NCBI GenBank assembly: GCA_963662795.1
Contig: OY759746.1
Span: 2,720,001 to 2,784,000, forward strand
From: Spirochaetia bacterium
GTDB lineage: Bacteria; Spirochaetota; Spirochaetia; CADAEX01
Direction: 5' to 3'
DNA length: 64,000 bases
Shown here: one piece after another, positions 20,286 through 28,849 of the stretch
Layout: the number at the start of each line of letters is the position of its first letter
How positions within the stretch are numbered: position 1 is the stretch's first letter
Position numbers and translations under genes: made by a program
Notes under the pieces: generated by a model
What the model saw: the letters and a program-made list of their open reading frames with translations, nothing else
Told to the model about the DNA's origin: nothing
Database searches by the model: none

Positions 20286-22028
20286 TCAGATCCTGCTTTT
20301 ATAGCTGCTGTAAAGTCCTTCAAAGAAACGGGCCGCGTTGATTCCGAGTGTGCGGGTCCTGTAGCCCCCTTCCTGAACAATCAGGATGGGTAGTTTTAAA
20401 GAGCCGATCATCTGCCCGTTGAGGCGGAAATCCTCTGCGCTGAGTGTCCAGGTCCCTGTGGGGTCTGCTTTCGCTGTATCGAGACCGAGCGCAAGTACAA
20501 GGTAAGAGGGTTTGAATTTTTTAATTGCTGTTAAGGCTTTCTGAAGCGTTTCCCTGTACTTTTCCGGTGTAATTGTCTCAGGCAGCGGTAGATTAAGGTT
20601 AAATCCTTTCCCCCCGCCTTCCCCTGTTTCATCCGGGAATCCTGAAAAATGGGGATATGCGAATTTCGGATTTCCGTGAATGGATATAGTGTAGACATCG
20701 GAACGGCGGTAGAAAATATCCTGAGTTCCGTTTCCGTGATGGAAATCAATATCAAGGACTGCGATCTTTCCGTGTTTACTGAGATACTGGGCGGCAACAG
20801 CGGATGAATTGAAATAACAGAATCCGCCAAAAGATCTCTTTTCCGCGTGATGCCCCGGCGGACGGACAAGTGCATATGCCATCATCGATCCCCCGAGAAC
20901 CATTTCCGCTCCTGTTACAGCGCAGTTTACTGCCCCGCGTGCCGCAAGCCACGCGTTTCTGTTGATCGGTGTAAATGTATCTATACAGTAATAGCCTACC
21001 TGAAGCTCTGTGTCTTTCGGCGGCCGTTTCAAATTCCGGACGGGAAAAATGATCGGATAGATCGATTTATCAGGAGGAAGCTCTGCGCATATCTTCCTGA
21101 GATATTCCACAAAATGCGGGTCATGTATTTCCCGGAGTGTTTTTTCTCCTATCCTTCTGGCGGGAATCCTGCTGAAAAGTCCTGTTTTTTCAATCTCTGA
21201 AAGTATGGCTGAAATTCTTACAGGCGCTTCCACATAGCCGCGTGTTTTGACATGATGTATATCGTGACCTACGTTGACTATAAGCTGAATACTGAGGCCT
21301 GGAACAGCTGTGACTGCAGTATGGGCTTTTGGCGCTTTTGTATACCTGCGCTCCCTCAATTTGCAGGGATCATCTTTAAATGATTTAACTACCTCGTTTA
21401 TCTGGCTTTCAGGGATAAGGTCCCCGTATTTCCTTTCAAGTATTGCCTTAACCGCTATTCTTACTGTTTTTCGGTCAAGCAGTTCTTCCCTTCCGAGGTT
21501 GTCAAACATCAGGTAATATAAATCCTGATCCCCGGGGTGAACAGGGGATGCGTATACATTATTGATTACGGGACGGACGCCCAGCCTCTCATAGAATTTC
21601 ATCCGTGCCCGGTTCTGATCAAGCAGGGCGGTATCTGTAATAATTTCAGGATCATCCACACTGCACTCGAAAAAAAGCCCCTTTAAATTAAGAGCACGCG
21701 CTTCCTCGCGTACCTGATCGTAAAGTATGCCGCCTATTCCCCCGCCGGTTTTTCCCGGAGCTGCGGAGATAAGCTCGAGGCATCCGATTTCAACATCGCT
21801 CATATGCAGCATCATGGCAAACCCCCGGACCTTTCCCCTGCCGTTTTCAGCTACAAAAAGGATTGACCTGTAGCGGTATTTTATCGGATTATGGAGCTGC
21901 TTCGGAATTTTATCAAAATCCTTTTTTCTTGCAAGGGGAAACTGGGCCTTCAATATTTCACGCACCTGTGCAATAGCGTCCTGATTTGCGGGAGAAACCA
22001 TATCGTAAATTTTTCGTATACTGAACAT
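20286..22028 (-). CDS. GNAT-like domain fused to a Zn-dependent HDAC/acetylpolyamine amidohydrolase domain
   Basis: N-terminal GFAMM...GGGIGGILY..V...A and FYE.LG (GNAT-like); C-terminal RPPGHHA, GFCYFN, DIDFHHGNGTQ, GLD and EGGY. Confidence 0.85.
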   Translation of the reverse strand: MFSIRKIYDMVSPANQDAIAQVREILKAQFPLARKKDFDKIPKQLHNPIKYRYRSILFVAENGRGKVRGFAMMLHMSDVEIGCLELISAAPGKTGGGIGGILYDQVREEARALNLKGLFFECSVDDPEIITDTALLDQNRARMKFYERLGVRPVINNVYASPVHPGDQDLYYLMFDNLGREELLDRKTVRIAVKAILERKYGDLIPESQINEVVKSFKDDPCKLRERRYTKAPKAHTAVTAVPGLSIQLIVNVGHDIHHVKTRGYVEAPVRISAILSEIEKTGLFSRIPARRIGEKTLREIHDPHFVEYLRKICAELPPDKSIYPIIFPVRNLKRPPKDTELQVGYYCIDTFTPINRNAWLAARGAVNCAVTGAEMVLGGSMMAYALVRPPGHHAEKRSFGGFCYFNSSAVAAQYLSKHGKIAVLDIDFHHGNGTQDIFYRRSDVYTISIHGNPKFAYPHFSGFPDETGEGGGKGFNLNLPLPETITPEKYRETLQKALTAIKKFKPSYLVLALGLDTAKADPTGTWTLSAEDFRLNGQMIGSLKLPILIVQEGGYRTRTLGINAARFFEGLYSSYKSRI

Positions 22029-22080
22029 ATATAATATTATATATGTTCTTAACCGTTAATTACAAGCTGGTGTTTTGAGT

Positions 22081-22113
22081 AAAAAAAACTGCCGCAATTT
22101 ATTAGGCGGCAGT
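22081..22113 (-). terminator. Rho-independent terminator
   Basis: ACTGCCGC...GCGGCAGT stem; the A-run on its left reads as a T-run on the minus strand. Confidence 0.7.
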
Positions 22114-22145
22114 CTGTTTATTGGTAAAGGGCATGAATTGTATTT

Positions 22146-22776
22146 CTAATTCAACTTGAATTCCTAACCAATATTGAAAGAGATTTTTCTTTCTTTTATG
22201 TCCTCGATGTTACCATCAACGTCTGTGAGTCCCAAAAATAACCTTCCGTCAAGAGCAAGATATCCATTTCCCATCGGGATATCATATCCTGTTCCCAATA
22301 CTAAGCCTAAGTTTGTGTCTGGTGTGTCTCCGTCTTCAGTGACAGCGTCAGTGCCGTCGTTAACCTCTATTTCTGAATCTCCCATGGGGATAAATATACA
22401 TAATCCTCCGAAAAGGCTGAAATCATTTATATGATATTTACAGAGTATCGGCAGGTCAATTCCCCCCCTGGGTTGTTGTTATGGAACTGTCTCCATCTTC
22501 CAGCTTTCCGGCATAAGAAGTGAAATATAGTTCAACCTGCAGTGAGAATGTTTCGCTGAATCTGAAATTAGAAAAAGTCCCGAAACTGCCTGAAAGCTTT
22601 GAGACGTTTTCTGCATCTGTGCCTTATGTTGCGTTGATTGCATCAATCTGGTTGTCAATTCCGGATCCGTAAAACTTGTTGATGTTTAGACCGGCTTTTG
22701 GCCCGAGATAAAAATCTGTTGCAAAAATTGCTGAAGGAATAAGGCAGAGCAGTAAAATGAGAATAATTTTTTTCAT
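22146..22776 (-). pseudogene. Disrupted porin-family (PorT-like) outer-membrane beta-barrel gene
   Basis: Signal peptide MKKIILILLL.., then GPKAGLNI. In-frame TAA at 22624-26, frameshift in a G7 run (22462-68), in-frame TAG at 22164-66 before the terminal EFKLN. The fragments join into one barrel-like sequence. Confidence 0.8.
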
Positions 22777-22912
22777 ATTTAATACTCCATATATTTGATA
22801 ATAATCTATTACCATCCTTAGGTTTCTGAATGTCAAATAATATTTATGTAATTAATTGGTTTAATAAAAGAGACGCATAACGGGTTTTTAGATGACAATG
22901 CTCTCCGGTCGG

Positions 22913-24007
22913 TTAGAAAGCTTCCCTGAAAATGAAATATGTTTTAAGTCCTTCTTCGCTGAGGCCTAAGTCAAGTCGGATCGCTATATGCTTTTCCCGA
23001 TTAATGAGAAACCTTAAACCCCCGCCGCCGGCATAGTGATAATCCGAAATTGCTGAAAACCCGGATATATCGTTTTCCACAGAGCCGGCTGAAGCGAATA
23101 CGGCACCGGCAAGAAATGCCATAACCGGAAAGCGGTATTCGCCCTGAAATGAAAGGCTGTTGATATCAGTATATCTCCCTTCAGGAAGACCTCTCATTAT
23201 TGTGCTTCCCCCGAGTTTGCTCATCGACTGAAAAGGGACCCCGTTTGTGCATAATTCAATCACAGTCTGGAACGCGAGAACATGCTTGCCTGTTATTTCA
23301 AGATAATATCTTGTGTCTGCCTTTAAACTGGAATAATCATAATCGCTTCCGGCAGAAATGCTGCTCAGCAGGGATGATCCCTCTATGTAAAATCCTTTTG
23401 TAGGATAAAATGTGCTGTCAGTTGTATCGTAGATAAATCTGATTCCGAAGCCTGTTTCAATTCCACCGCCTGAGCCGTTAAAGCCGCCCCTTTCGATAAT
23501 CCCCTCTTCCTCTGAATCTAAAATGGTGATGTTCCTGTAAAGCACCTGCGGGCCGATGTAAAGGTCGGGGGTGACTTTTCTTAATAGTGAAGCCTGGAGA
23601 AGGAACTCTTCAGCGGTAAATGTTTCAAGATCGCTTTCTTCCGCTTCCTGTCCGATGCCCCAGAAATCAGCGTTATTGTTGCTGTATGCCAGTTTAAGCA
23701 GAATTCTGAAATTCTCTGATAATACCAGGTCCGGTGTAATGCCGACAGATTTCTGGCCTTTCATTGTAAGGAGAGAGAAAAATCCGAACTGATCTGTTTC
23801 AGTATCTTCTCCTGTAATTACATCCCGGTAAGCCAGCAGAAACGCGCCTCCGCCCCAGCTTGTATCCGGTGTATAAAACGGGGCGGCGATAGGGACAAAA
23901 CCCCATTTACCCCTTTGGATTTCGGCATGAATACCTGATGATACTGCAACAAGCAGGAAAAAAGGAAGCAATGTTGTTTTTATAATTGACATGCGTAAAA
24001 AATGCAT
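22913..24007 (-). CDS. BamA/TamA (Omp85)-type beta-barrel without POTRA domains
   Basis: P.PFYTPDTSWGGG, LGGSTIMRG, EYRFP, GGGLRF, IRLD and terminal EAF. The start may be ATG at 23992. Confidence 0.8.
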   Translation of the reverse strand: MHFLRMSIIKTTLLPFFLLVAVSSGIHAEIQRGKWGFVPIAAPFYTPDTSWGGGAFLLAYRDVITGEDTETDQFGFFSLLTMKGQKSVGITPDLVLSENFRILLKLAYSNNNADFWGIGQEAEESDLETFTAEEFLLQASLLRKVTPDLYIGPQVLYRNITILDSEEEGIIERGGFNGSGGGIETGFGIRFIYDTTDSTFYPTKGFYIEGSSLLSSISAGSDYDYSSLKADTRYYLEITGKHVLAFQTVIELCTNGVPFQSMSKLGGSTIMRGLPEGRYTDINSLSFQGEYRFPVMAFLAGAVFASAGSVENDISGFSAISDYHYAGGGGLRFLINREKHIAIRLDLGLSEEGLKTYFIFREAF

Positions 24008-24030
24008 AAAAACTATTTATTTGTCAATAG

Positions 24031-24082
24031 TTGACTATCGAATAAATATTCGATATACTTTGATAGTCGAATATTTATTCGA
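24031..24082 (+). promoter_or_regulatory. sigma70 promoter with two 16-bp palindromic operators (probably TetR)
   Basis: TTGACT(24031)-17 nt-TATACT(24054); TCGAATA-AA-TATTCGA at 24038-53 and TCGAATA-TT-TATTCGA at 24067-82. Confidence 0.75.
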
Positions 24083-24110
24083 AATAAAATTAGTTAAGGA
24101 TGGCAACACA

Positions 24111-24815
24111 ATGATTAATAAAAAAAGGTTTTTACAGGTTTTAATGATTTTTTTGATTATATCTGCAACAGATGCGTCCGGGAATGACAGTCCGCGGCCG
24201 GCAAATGGTTCCGGACAGATTGCTCTTGAAATTATTCCGGGCAGATACTTTGCTAACCGGGGATGGTTTTTTATTTTCCCGTTTAAGAAAGGGCCGCAGA
24301 TTGCGGCCTGGATAGAAGATGAAAAAGAAAACTACATGGGAACAATAGTAATTTCTGATAAAACAGCGGGAGACTGCTGGATTTCCGCACCGGAAGAGGG
24401 CCGGCCGGAAAGTCTTCCTGTCTGGTCGCACCGGAGTTCCGGAATATGTAACTCAATCGATGCTGTGACAGCCGCATCACGTGTCATTTCTGAGAACAGC
24501 AGGATTAACTCTTCTCTGAAACTGCCGGCCGGCAGATATAGGGTTTTTCTTGAGGTTAATAACAGCTATGACTGGAATAAAGTCTGGAGGAAGAAATTAC
24601 CGGAGAGCAGTCCGTACTTTAACGGCGTCAACGGACAGCCTTCAGTGATTTATCATGCTGATCTGGAAATCGGCCATGGACCTGCCGCTGTTAAAATGGT
24701 CCCCGCCGGGACAGGAAATCCTCTTGGAAGGAACGGAAATATAGACAAAAGTTTTGACGGAATAGATTCCGCGTTATCGATACTTGAATCTGTTTATGTT
24801 AAAATCAATGAATAA
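24111..24815 (+). CDS. Secreted DUF2271-like protein
   Basis: Signal peptide; PQIAAWIED, RPESLPVWSH, DAVTAAS and NGQPS motifs. Confidence 0.65.
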   Translation: MINKKRFLQVLMIFLIISATDASGNDSPRPANGSGQIALEIIPGRYFANRGWFFIFPFKKGPQIAAWIEDEKENYMGTIVISDKTAGDCWISAPEEGRPESLPVWSHRSSGICNSIDAVTAASRVISENSRINSSLKLPAGRYRVFLEVNNSYDWNKVWRKKLPESSPYFNGVNGQPSVIYHADLEIGHGPAAVKMVPAGTGNPLGRNGNIDKSFDGIDSALSILESVYVKINE

Positions 24816-24829
24816 AAAAGGGAAAGAAT

Positions 24830-25444
24830 ATGGCTGTGAATATGAAAGACAAAATTATAAAAACATCTCTTGAGCTTTTTAATAAACACGGCAGCCATAA
24901 AATTACTACTAACCATATTATTGATAAACTCAAAATTAGTCCTGGAACGTTCTATTACCATTTCAGAAACAAGGAGGAGATAATAAGGGACATCTTCCCG
25001 CTTATTACTGAAGATTTTAAAAAAAACATTGATGCCGGTAACGGTGCTTCAGGGATGGATGAATATATTAAAATCCTTAAAAATCTATTTTCCCTCTACA
25101 ATAAATATTCATTTTTTTACAACGAAATCTCATCCCTTCTTGACAGGGATGAGAACCTTAAAAAAATGTATCTGAAAAATTACATAATGAAATGTTCTAT
25201 GCTCTCAGGGCTTTTATCTGGACTTGAAAGAGACGGGATTTTAAAAAAAGGCTTTTCATCATCACCTGAAGTTTCTTCCATAATTGATTCACTGTGGATA
25301 TTAAGCGATTACCGGGTGCCTTTTCTTAAAACAACCGGACGGCTTGATGAGGAAGCAGTTGTTTCGGGCTGGCGGAATTATCTGGTGCTCCTTATGCCGT
25401 ATATGAGGAAAAATGCAGCAGCTGCGGCAGAAAAATATCTCTAA
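24830..25444 (+). CDS. TetR/AcrR-family regulator
   Basis: HTH ITTNHI...ISPGTFYYHFRNKEEI. Confidence 0.92.
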   Translation: MAVNMKDKIIKTSLELFNKHGSHKITTNHIIDKLKISPGTFYYHFRNKEEIIRDIFPLITEDFKKNIDAGNGASGMDEYIKILKNLFSLYNKYSFFYNEISSLLDRDENLKKMYLKNYIMKCSMLSGLLSGLERDGILKKGFSSSPEVSSIIDSLWILSDYRVPFLKTTGRLDEEAVVSGWRNYLVLLMPYMRKNAAAAAEKYL

Positions 25445-25517
25445 ACTTAAAATGCGAAGTTTGGAAACACCGGGCCAATGAACAATATTGTAAAACTGAA
25501 TAGAGTGTTTTTTAAAA

Positions 25518-26048
25518 CTAGAATTCAGTAACGTTGTCCTGAAGCCTTTTTACGTAAAATACCCCGTCAGTTACTGTTGATTCCCTTGTCGTGTCGACGC
25601 CAGAAAAAGTACCCGAAATAACGCCGCCGAAATTCCCTAATTTCGTGACAGTATAACTTGTACCTCCATCACACTCCCAAACCACTGTGCCATCGATTTT
25701 AATGTGGGTAGGTTCTGATCCTGAATATGTTCCATCTGTATCAGCTATAGAAAGAGAACAGTAAGTGATAATAGTATCATTCAAATCTATTGGAGAGGGG
25801 GCGGCGACAATATAAATTCCGGAATAGATACCCTCGTCCTTTGTTCTGAATCCGCTTGCATCCCCCGAATATATGGTCCCGTACTCATCTTTTGAAATTC
25901 CGTAAGTAAATTCATAATCAGTTCCATTCAGGTTGAATCTGACATAGTAGCTTTCGCTTGTATCCTCTTCTTTACACCCTGAAAAAACAGAAAGCAGGAC
26001 AATGAAAAATATTAATAAAAACTGCCTGATAATAATTTTTGAAGCCAT
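25518..26048 (-). CDS. Hypothetical lipoprotein
   Basis: Hydrophobic signal with FSGC lipobox; GGAG SD. Confidence 0.75.
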   Translation of the reverse strand: MASKIIIRQFLLIFFIVLLSVFSGCKEEDTSESYYVRFNLNGTDYEFTYGISKDEYGTIYSGDASGFRTKDEGIYSGIYIVAAPSPIDLNDTIITYCSLSIADTDGTYSGSEPTHIKIDGTVVWECDGGTSYTVTKLGNFGGVISGTFSGVDTTRESTVTDGVFYVKRLQDNVTEF

Positions 26049-26275
26049 TTTAGAACTCCTCTTTTTAAATTATTTTTTAAATCTGACGCACAATTTATTC
26101 TAACACTGATCATGAATTTTGCAATCCCATGAAAAATAATTACTACATAAATGTATGTATTTAACTTTTCCGTTAAACAAAAATGTATCATACAAAGTCA
26201 GAATATCTGAACGAACATATTGTTCTCTCTGAATAAATCCCTGTTGTGCAAGTAAATAAAATAAAAAAAACATAT

Positions 26276-26291
26276 TGGCACGTTTATTGCT
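26276..26291 (+). promoter_or_regulatory. sigma54 (RpoN) -24/-12 promoter of amtB-glnK
   Basis: TGGCACG-TTTA-TTGCT, an exact match to the TGGCACG-N4-TTGCW consensus, 35 nt upstream of the amtB start. Confidence 0.8.
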
Positions 26292-26326
26292 GATGAATGT
26301 TTGCAAATAGCATAGGAGGTTATTTA

Positions 26327-27640
26327 ATGCTGAAGAAATTTTTACTTGTATTACTGTTTTTGATGGCTGCATCAGCAGGACTATTTGCAGAGTCGGATAT
26401 TGCAAAGTACGATAACGCTTTTGACATGATCTGGCTCATTCTCTGCGCCGTCCTTGTATTTTTTATGCAGGCCGGATTCGCGATGGTGGAAACAGGTCTT
26501 ACCAGGGCAAAAAATGCGGGAAACATCCTTATGAAAAATTTGATGGATTTTGCCGTGGGGGCTATCGTATACATGGGTGCCGGCTGGGCAATAATGTACG
26601 GGAGCTCTGTATCCGGCCTTTTCGGATCAGATCAGTTTTTTTTAAACGGAGCTGATTTTACAGTTTTGAGGGACTGGATGTTTCAGGTAGTCTTTGCAGC
26701 TACCGCGGCAACGATTGTATCGGGCGCGATGGCGGAAAGAACAAGATTTTCTTCCTACCTGATATATACCGTTTTCATCACAGCTATTATCTATCCTGTA
26801 GTCGGACACTGGATATGGAATGGAGACGGCTGGCTTGCTGCTCTCGGGTTTCATGATTTTGCAGGGTCTACTGTTGTTCACTCAGTCGGCGGCTGGGCAG
26901 CGCTTGCAGGTTCAGTAATTTTAGGCCCGAGGACGGGAAAATATGTAAGGAACGGGAAATCTGTAACAGTACAGGCAATACCGGGGCATAACTTGCCGCT
27001 TGCCAGCCTTGGTGTTTTCATACTCTGGTTCGGATGGTACGGTTTTAACTGCGGCAGCACCTTGTCGGGAACTGATGAGGCAATTTCACTTATTGCCGTA
27101 AACACCACCCTTGGGGCTGCATCAGGGGCTGTTTCTTCAATGGCCGTAATCTGGGGCCTTACGGGAAAACCAGAACCGAGCATGACATTAAACGGCGCGC
27201 TTGCAGGTCTTGTCGGGATTACTGCCGGATGTGCTGTAGTTACTCCATTGGGAGCAATTATGATCGGACTCATAGCTGGTGCGCTTGTTGTTGTATCTGT
27301 GGAATTTATTGATAAAAAAATGCATGTGGATGATCCTGTCGGCGCGATATCGGTACATGGTGTGTGCGGTGTTTGGGGAACAGTTGCGGTCGGGATATTC
27401 GGTTCTACTGATGCTGTTAACGGTCTCTGGTACGGCGGCGGGCTTAAACAGCTTGTGATTCAGCTTACGGGAATTGCAGCTGTATTTATCTGGACAGCGG
27501 CAGTTTCGGCAGTATTGTTCATTATACTTAAAAAGAGTGCCGGTCTCAGGGTTTCACCTGAAGATGAACTTAAGGGTCTTGATTTGACTGAACACGGAAG
27601 CGAATCATATTACGGTTTTCAGATTTTTACAAATCAGTAA
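26327..27640 (+). CDS. amtB: Ammonium transporter
   Basis: FMQAGF, DFAGSTVVHSVGG, LWFGWYGFN and DDPVGAISVHG motifs; AGGAGG SD before ATG 26327. Confidence 0.95.
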   Translation: MLKKFLLVLLFLMAASAGLFAESDIAKYDNAFDMIWLILCAVLVFFMQAGFAMVETGLTRAKNAGNILMKNLMDFAVGAIVYMGAGWAIMYGSSVSGLFGSDQFFLNGADFTVLRDWMFQVVFAATAATIVSGAMAERTRFSSYLIYTVFITAIIYPVVGHWIWNGDGWLAALGFHDFAGSTVVHSVGGWAALAGSVILGPRTGKYVRNGKSVTVQAIPGHNLPLASLGVFILWFGWYGFNCGSTLSGTDEAISLIAVNTTLGAASGAVSSMAVIWGLTGKPEPSMTLNGALAGLVGITAGCAVVTPLGAIMIGLIAGALVVVSVEFIDKKMHVDDPVGAISVHGVCGVWGTVAVGIFGSTDAVNGLWYGGGLKQLVIQLTGIAAVFIWTAAVSAVLFIILKKSAGLRVSPEDELKGLDLTEHGSESYYGFQIFTNQ

Positions 27641-27699
27641 CCCCTATTGAAGGATCAGAAAATTGAAATTGGATAAAAAGATAAATGAAGGAGAATCAG

Positions 27700-28041
27700 A
27701 TGAAACTTGTTATTGCCTATATTCAGCCGTATAAACTGAATGATGTAAAAAAGGAATTATATAAATCAGAAATATATAAAGTATCTGTAACTAACGCAAT
27801 AGGATGCGGACAGCAGGAGGGTTACACAGAACACTACAGGGGGGTAAAAATGGAAGTTAATCTCCTGAAAAAGGTGAGGCTTGAAATAGCTGTTAACGAA
27901 GATTTTGTGAAACCTACGGTAGACGCCATAATAAAGGGCGCCAGGTCCGGAAATATAGGTGATGGGAAAATATTTGTATTGCCTATAGAGGAATGCTACA
28001 GGATAAGAAGCGGAGAAACCGGCAGGGTTGCAATCGGATAG
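27700..28041 (+). CDS. glnK: P-II nitrogen regulatory protein
   Basis: G.GQQ.G.TEHYRG, GDGKIFV and RIRSGE motifs; directly downstream of amtB. Confidence 0.92.
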   Translation: MKLVIAYIQPYKLNDVKKELYKSEIYKVSVTNAIGCGQQEGYTEHYRGVKMEVNLLKKVRLEIAVNEDFVKPTVDAIIKGARSGNIGDGKIFVLPIEECYRIRSGETGRVAIG

Positions 28042-28109
28042 TAAAAGTAATACTTACCTGCCTGTATATGAGTTTTAGTAAAAAAATAAATTACAGTTAC
28101 CTGAAATTT

Positions 28110-28148
28110 CAGTCCGGGAAGATTAAGTATCTCTCCCGGACTGTTTTT
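28110..28148 (+). terminator. Terminator between glnK and tpx
   Basis: CAGTCCGGGA...TCCCGGACTG stem followed by TTTTT. Confidence 0.75.
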
Positions 28149-28157
28149 ATATTGAAA

Positions 28158-28655
28158 TCAGAGCAGCTTAATTACAGAATCATAGTCAGGTTCATTCGCA
28201 ATTTCCGGAACAAGCTGTGTATATTTAACCTTTCCATCAGTGTCGATTACAACGACAGCTCTGGCAAGAAGTCCCTGAAGCGGACCGTCCGCAATTCTGA
28301 CTCCGTATTTTTCTCCGAAAGAGAGGACTTTCATTTCACTCAGTGTTTTTACGTTTTTAAGCCCTTCTGAGCCGCAGAAACGCTCCTGGGCAAACGGAAG
28401 ATCCCGGGATATACAGAGAACCACAGCTCCTTTCTTACTGCCCGCAATTTCGTTGAACCTTCTGACAGATGCCGCACATGTTGATGTATCTATGCTGGGG
28501 AAGATATTAAGTACAACTGTTTTTCCTGAAAAGTCTTTTAAGCTCACATCACCGAGATCACTTCCTGTTAAAGTGAAATCAGGAGCTTTAGCACCTGATG
28601 CCGGCAGGGAACCGGATGTATTTATTTTGTTTCCTTTTAGTGTTATTACTGCCAT
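28158..28655 (-). CDS. tpx: Thiol peroxidase (atypical 2-Cys peroxiredoxin)
   Basis: FPSIDTSTC, SRDLPFAQ.RFC and EPDYD motifs. Confidence 0.93.
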   Translation of the reverse strand: MAVITLKGNKINTSGSLPASGAKAPDFTLTGSDLGDVSLKDFSGKTVVLNIFPSIDTSTCAASVRRFNEIAGSKKGAVVLCISRDLPFAQERFCGSEGLKNVKTLSEMKVLSFGEKYGVRIADGPLQGLLARAVVVIDTDGKVKYTQLVPEIANEPDYDSVIKLL

Positions 28656-28849
28656 AATTTACCTCGCCTTTTGAATTATTTAAAATATTAATATACTTAA
28701 ACTTTATCAAAAGATACAAGCAAATCGGTCCTTCGGCAAATAAAATCATACTAAAATACTGTGATTTACTCTTGAAAATAAACCCTTCCGGTATTATTTT
28801 GAACAAGGAGCTGGAATTTAGAAAAAGCACTGTGAATCCGGAGGAAGAA

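Noticed and set aside
22146-22776. Stop-codon reassignment or phase variation as the explanation for in-frame stops
   Set aside because: TAA, TAG and TGA all end intact genes in this window, and several independent lesions fit pseudogenisation better.
25445-26120. Lone lipoprotein gene as an integron cassette
   Set aside because: No convincing attC inverted-repeat structure or flanking duplication was found.
28775-28800. CsoR-like operator upstream of copA (AAACCCTTCCGGTAT)
   Set aside because: Only a partial dyad and no csoR in the window; too weak to call.
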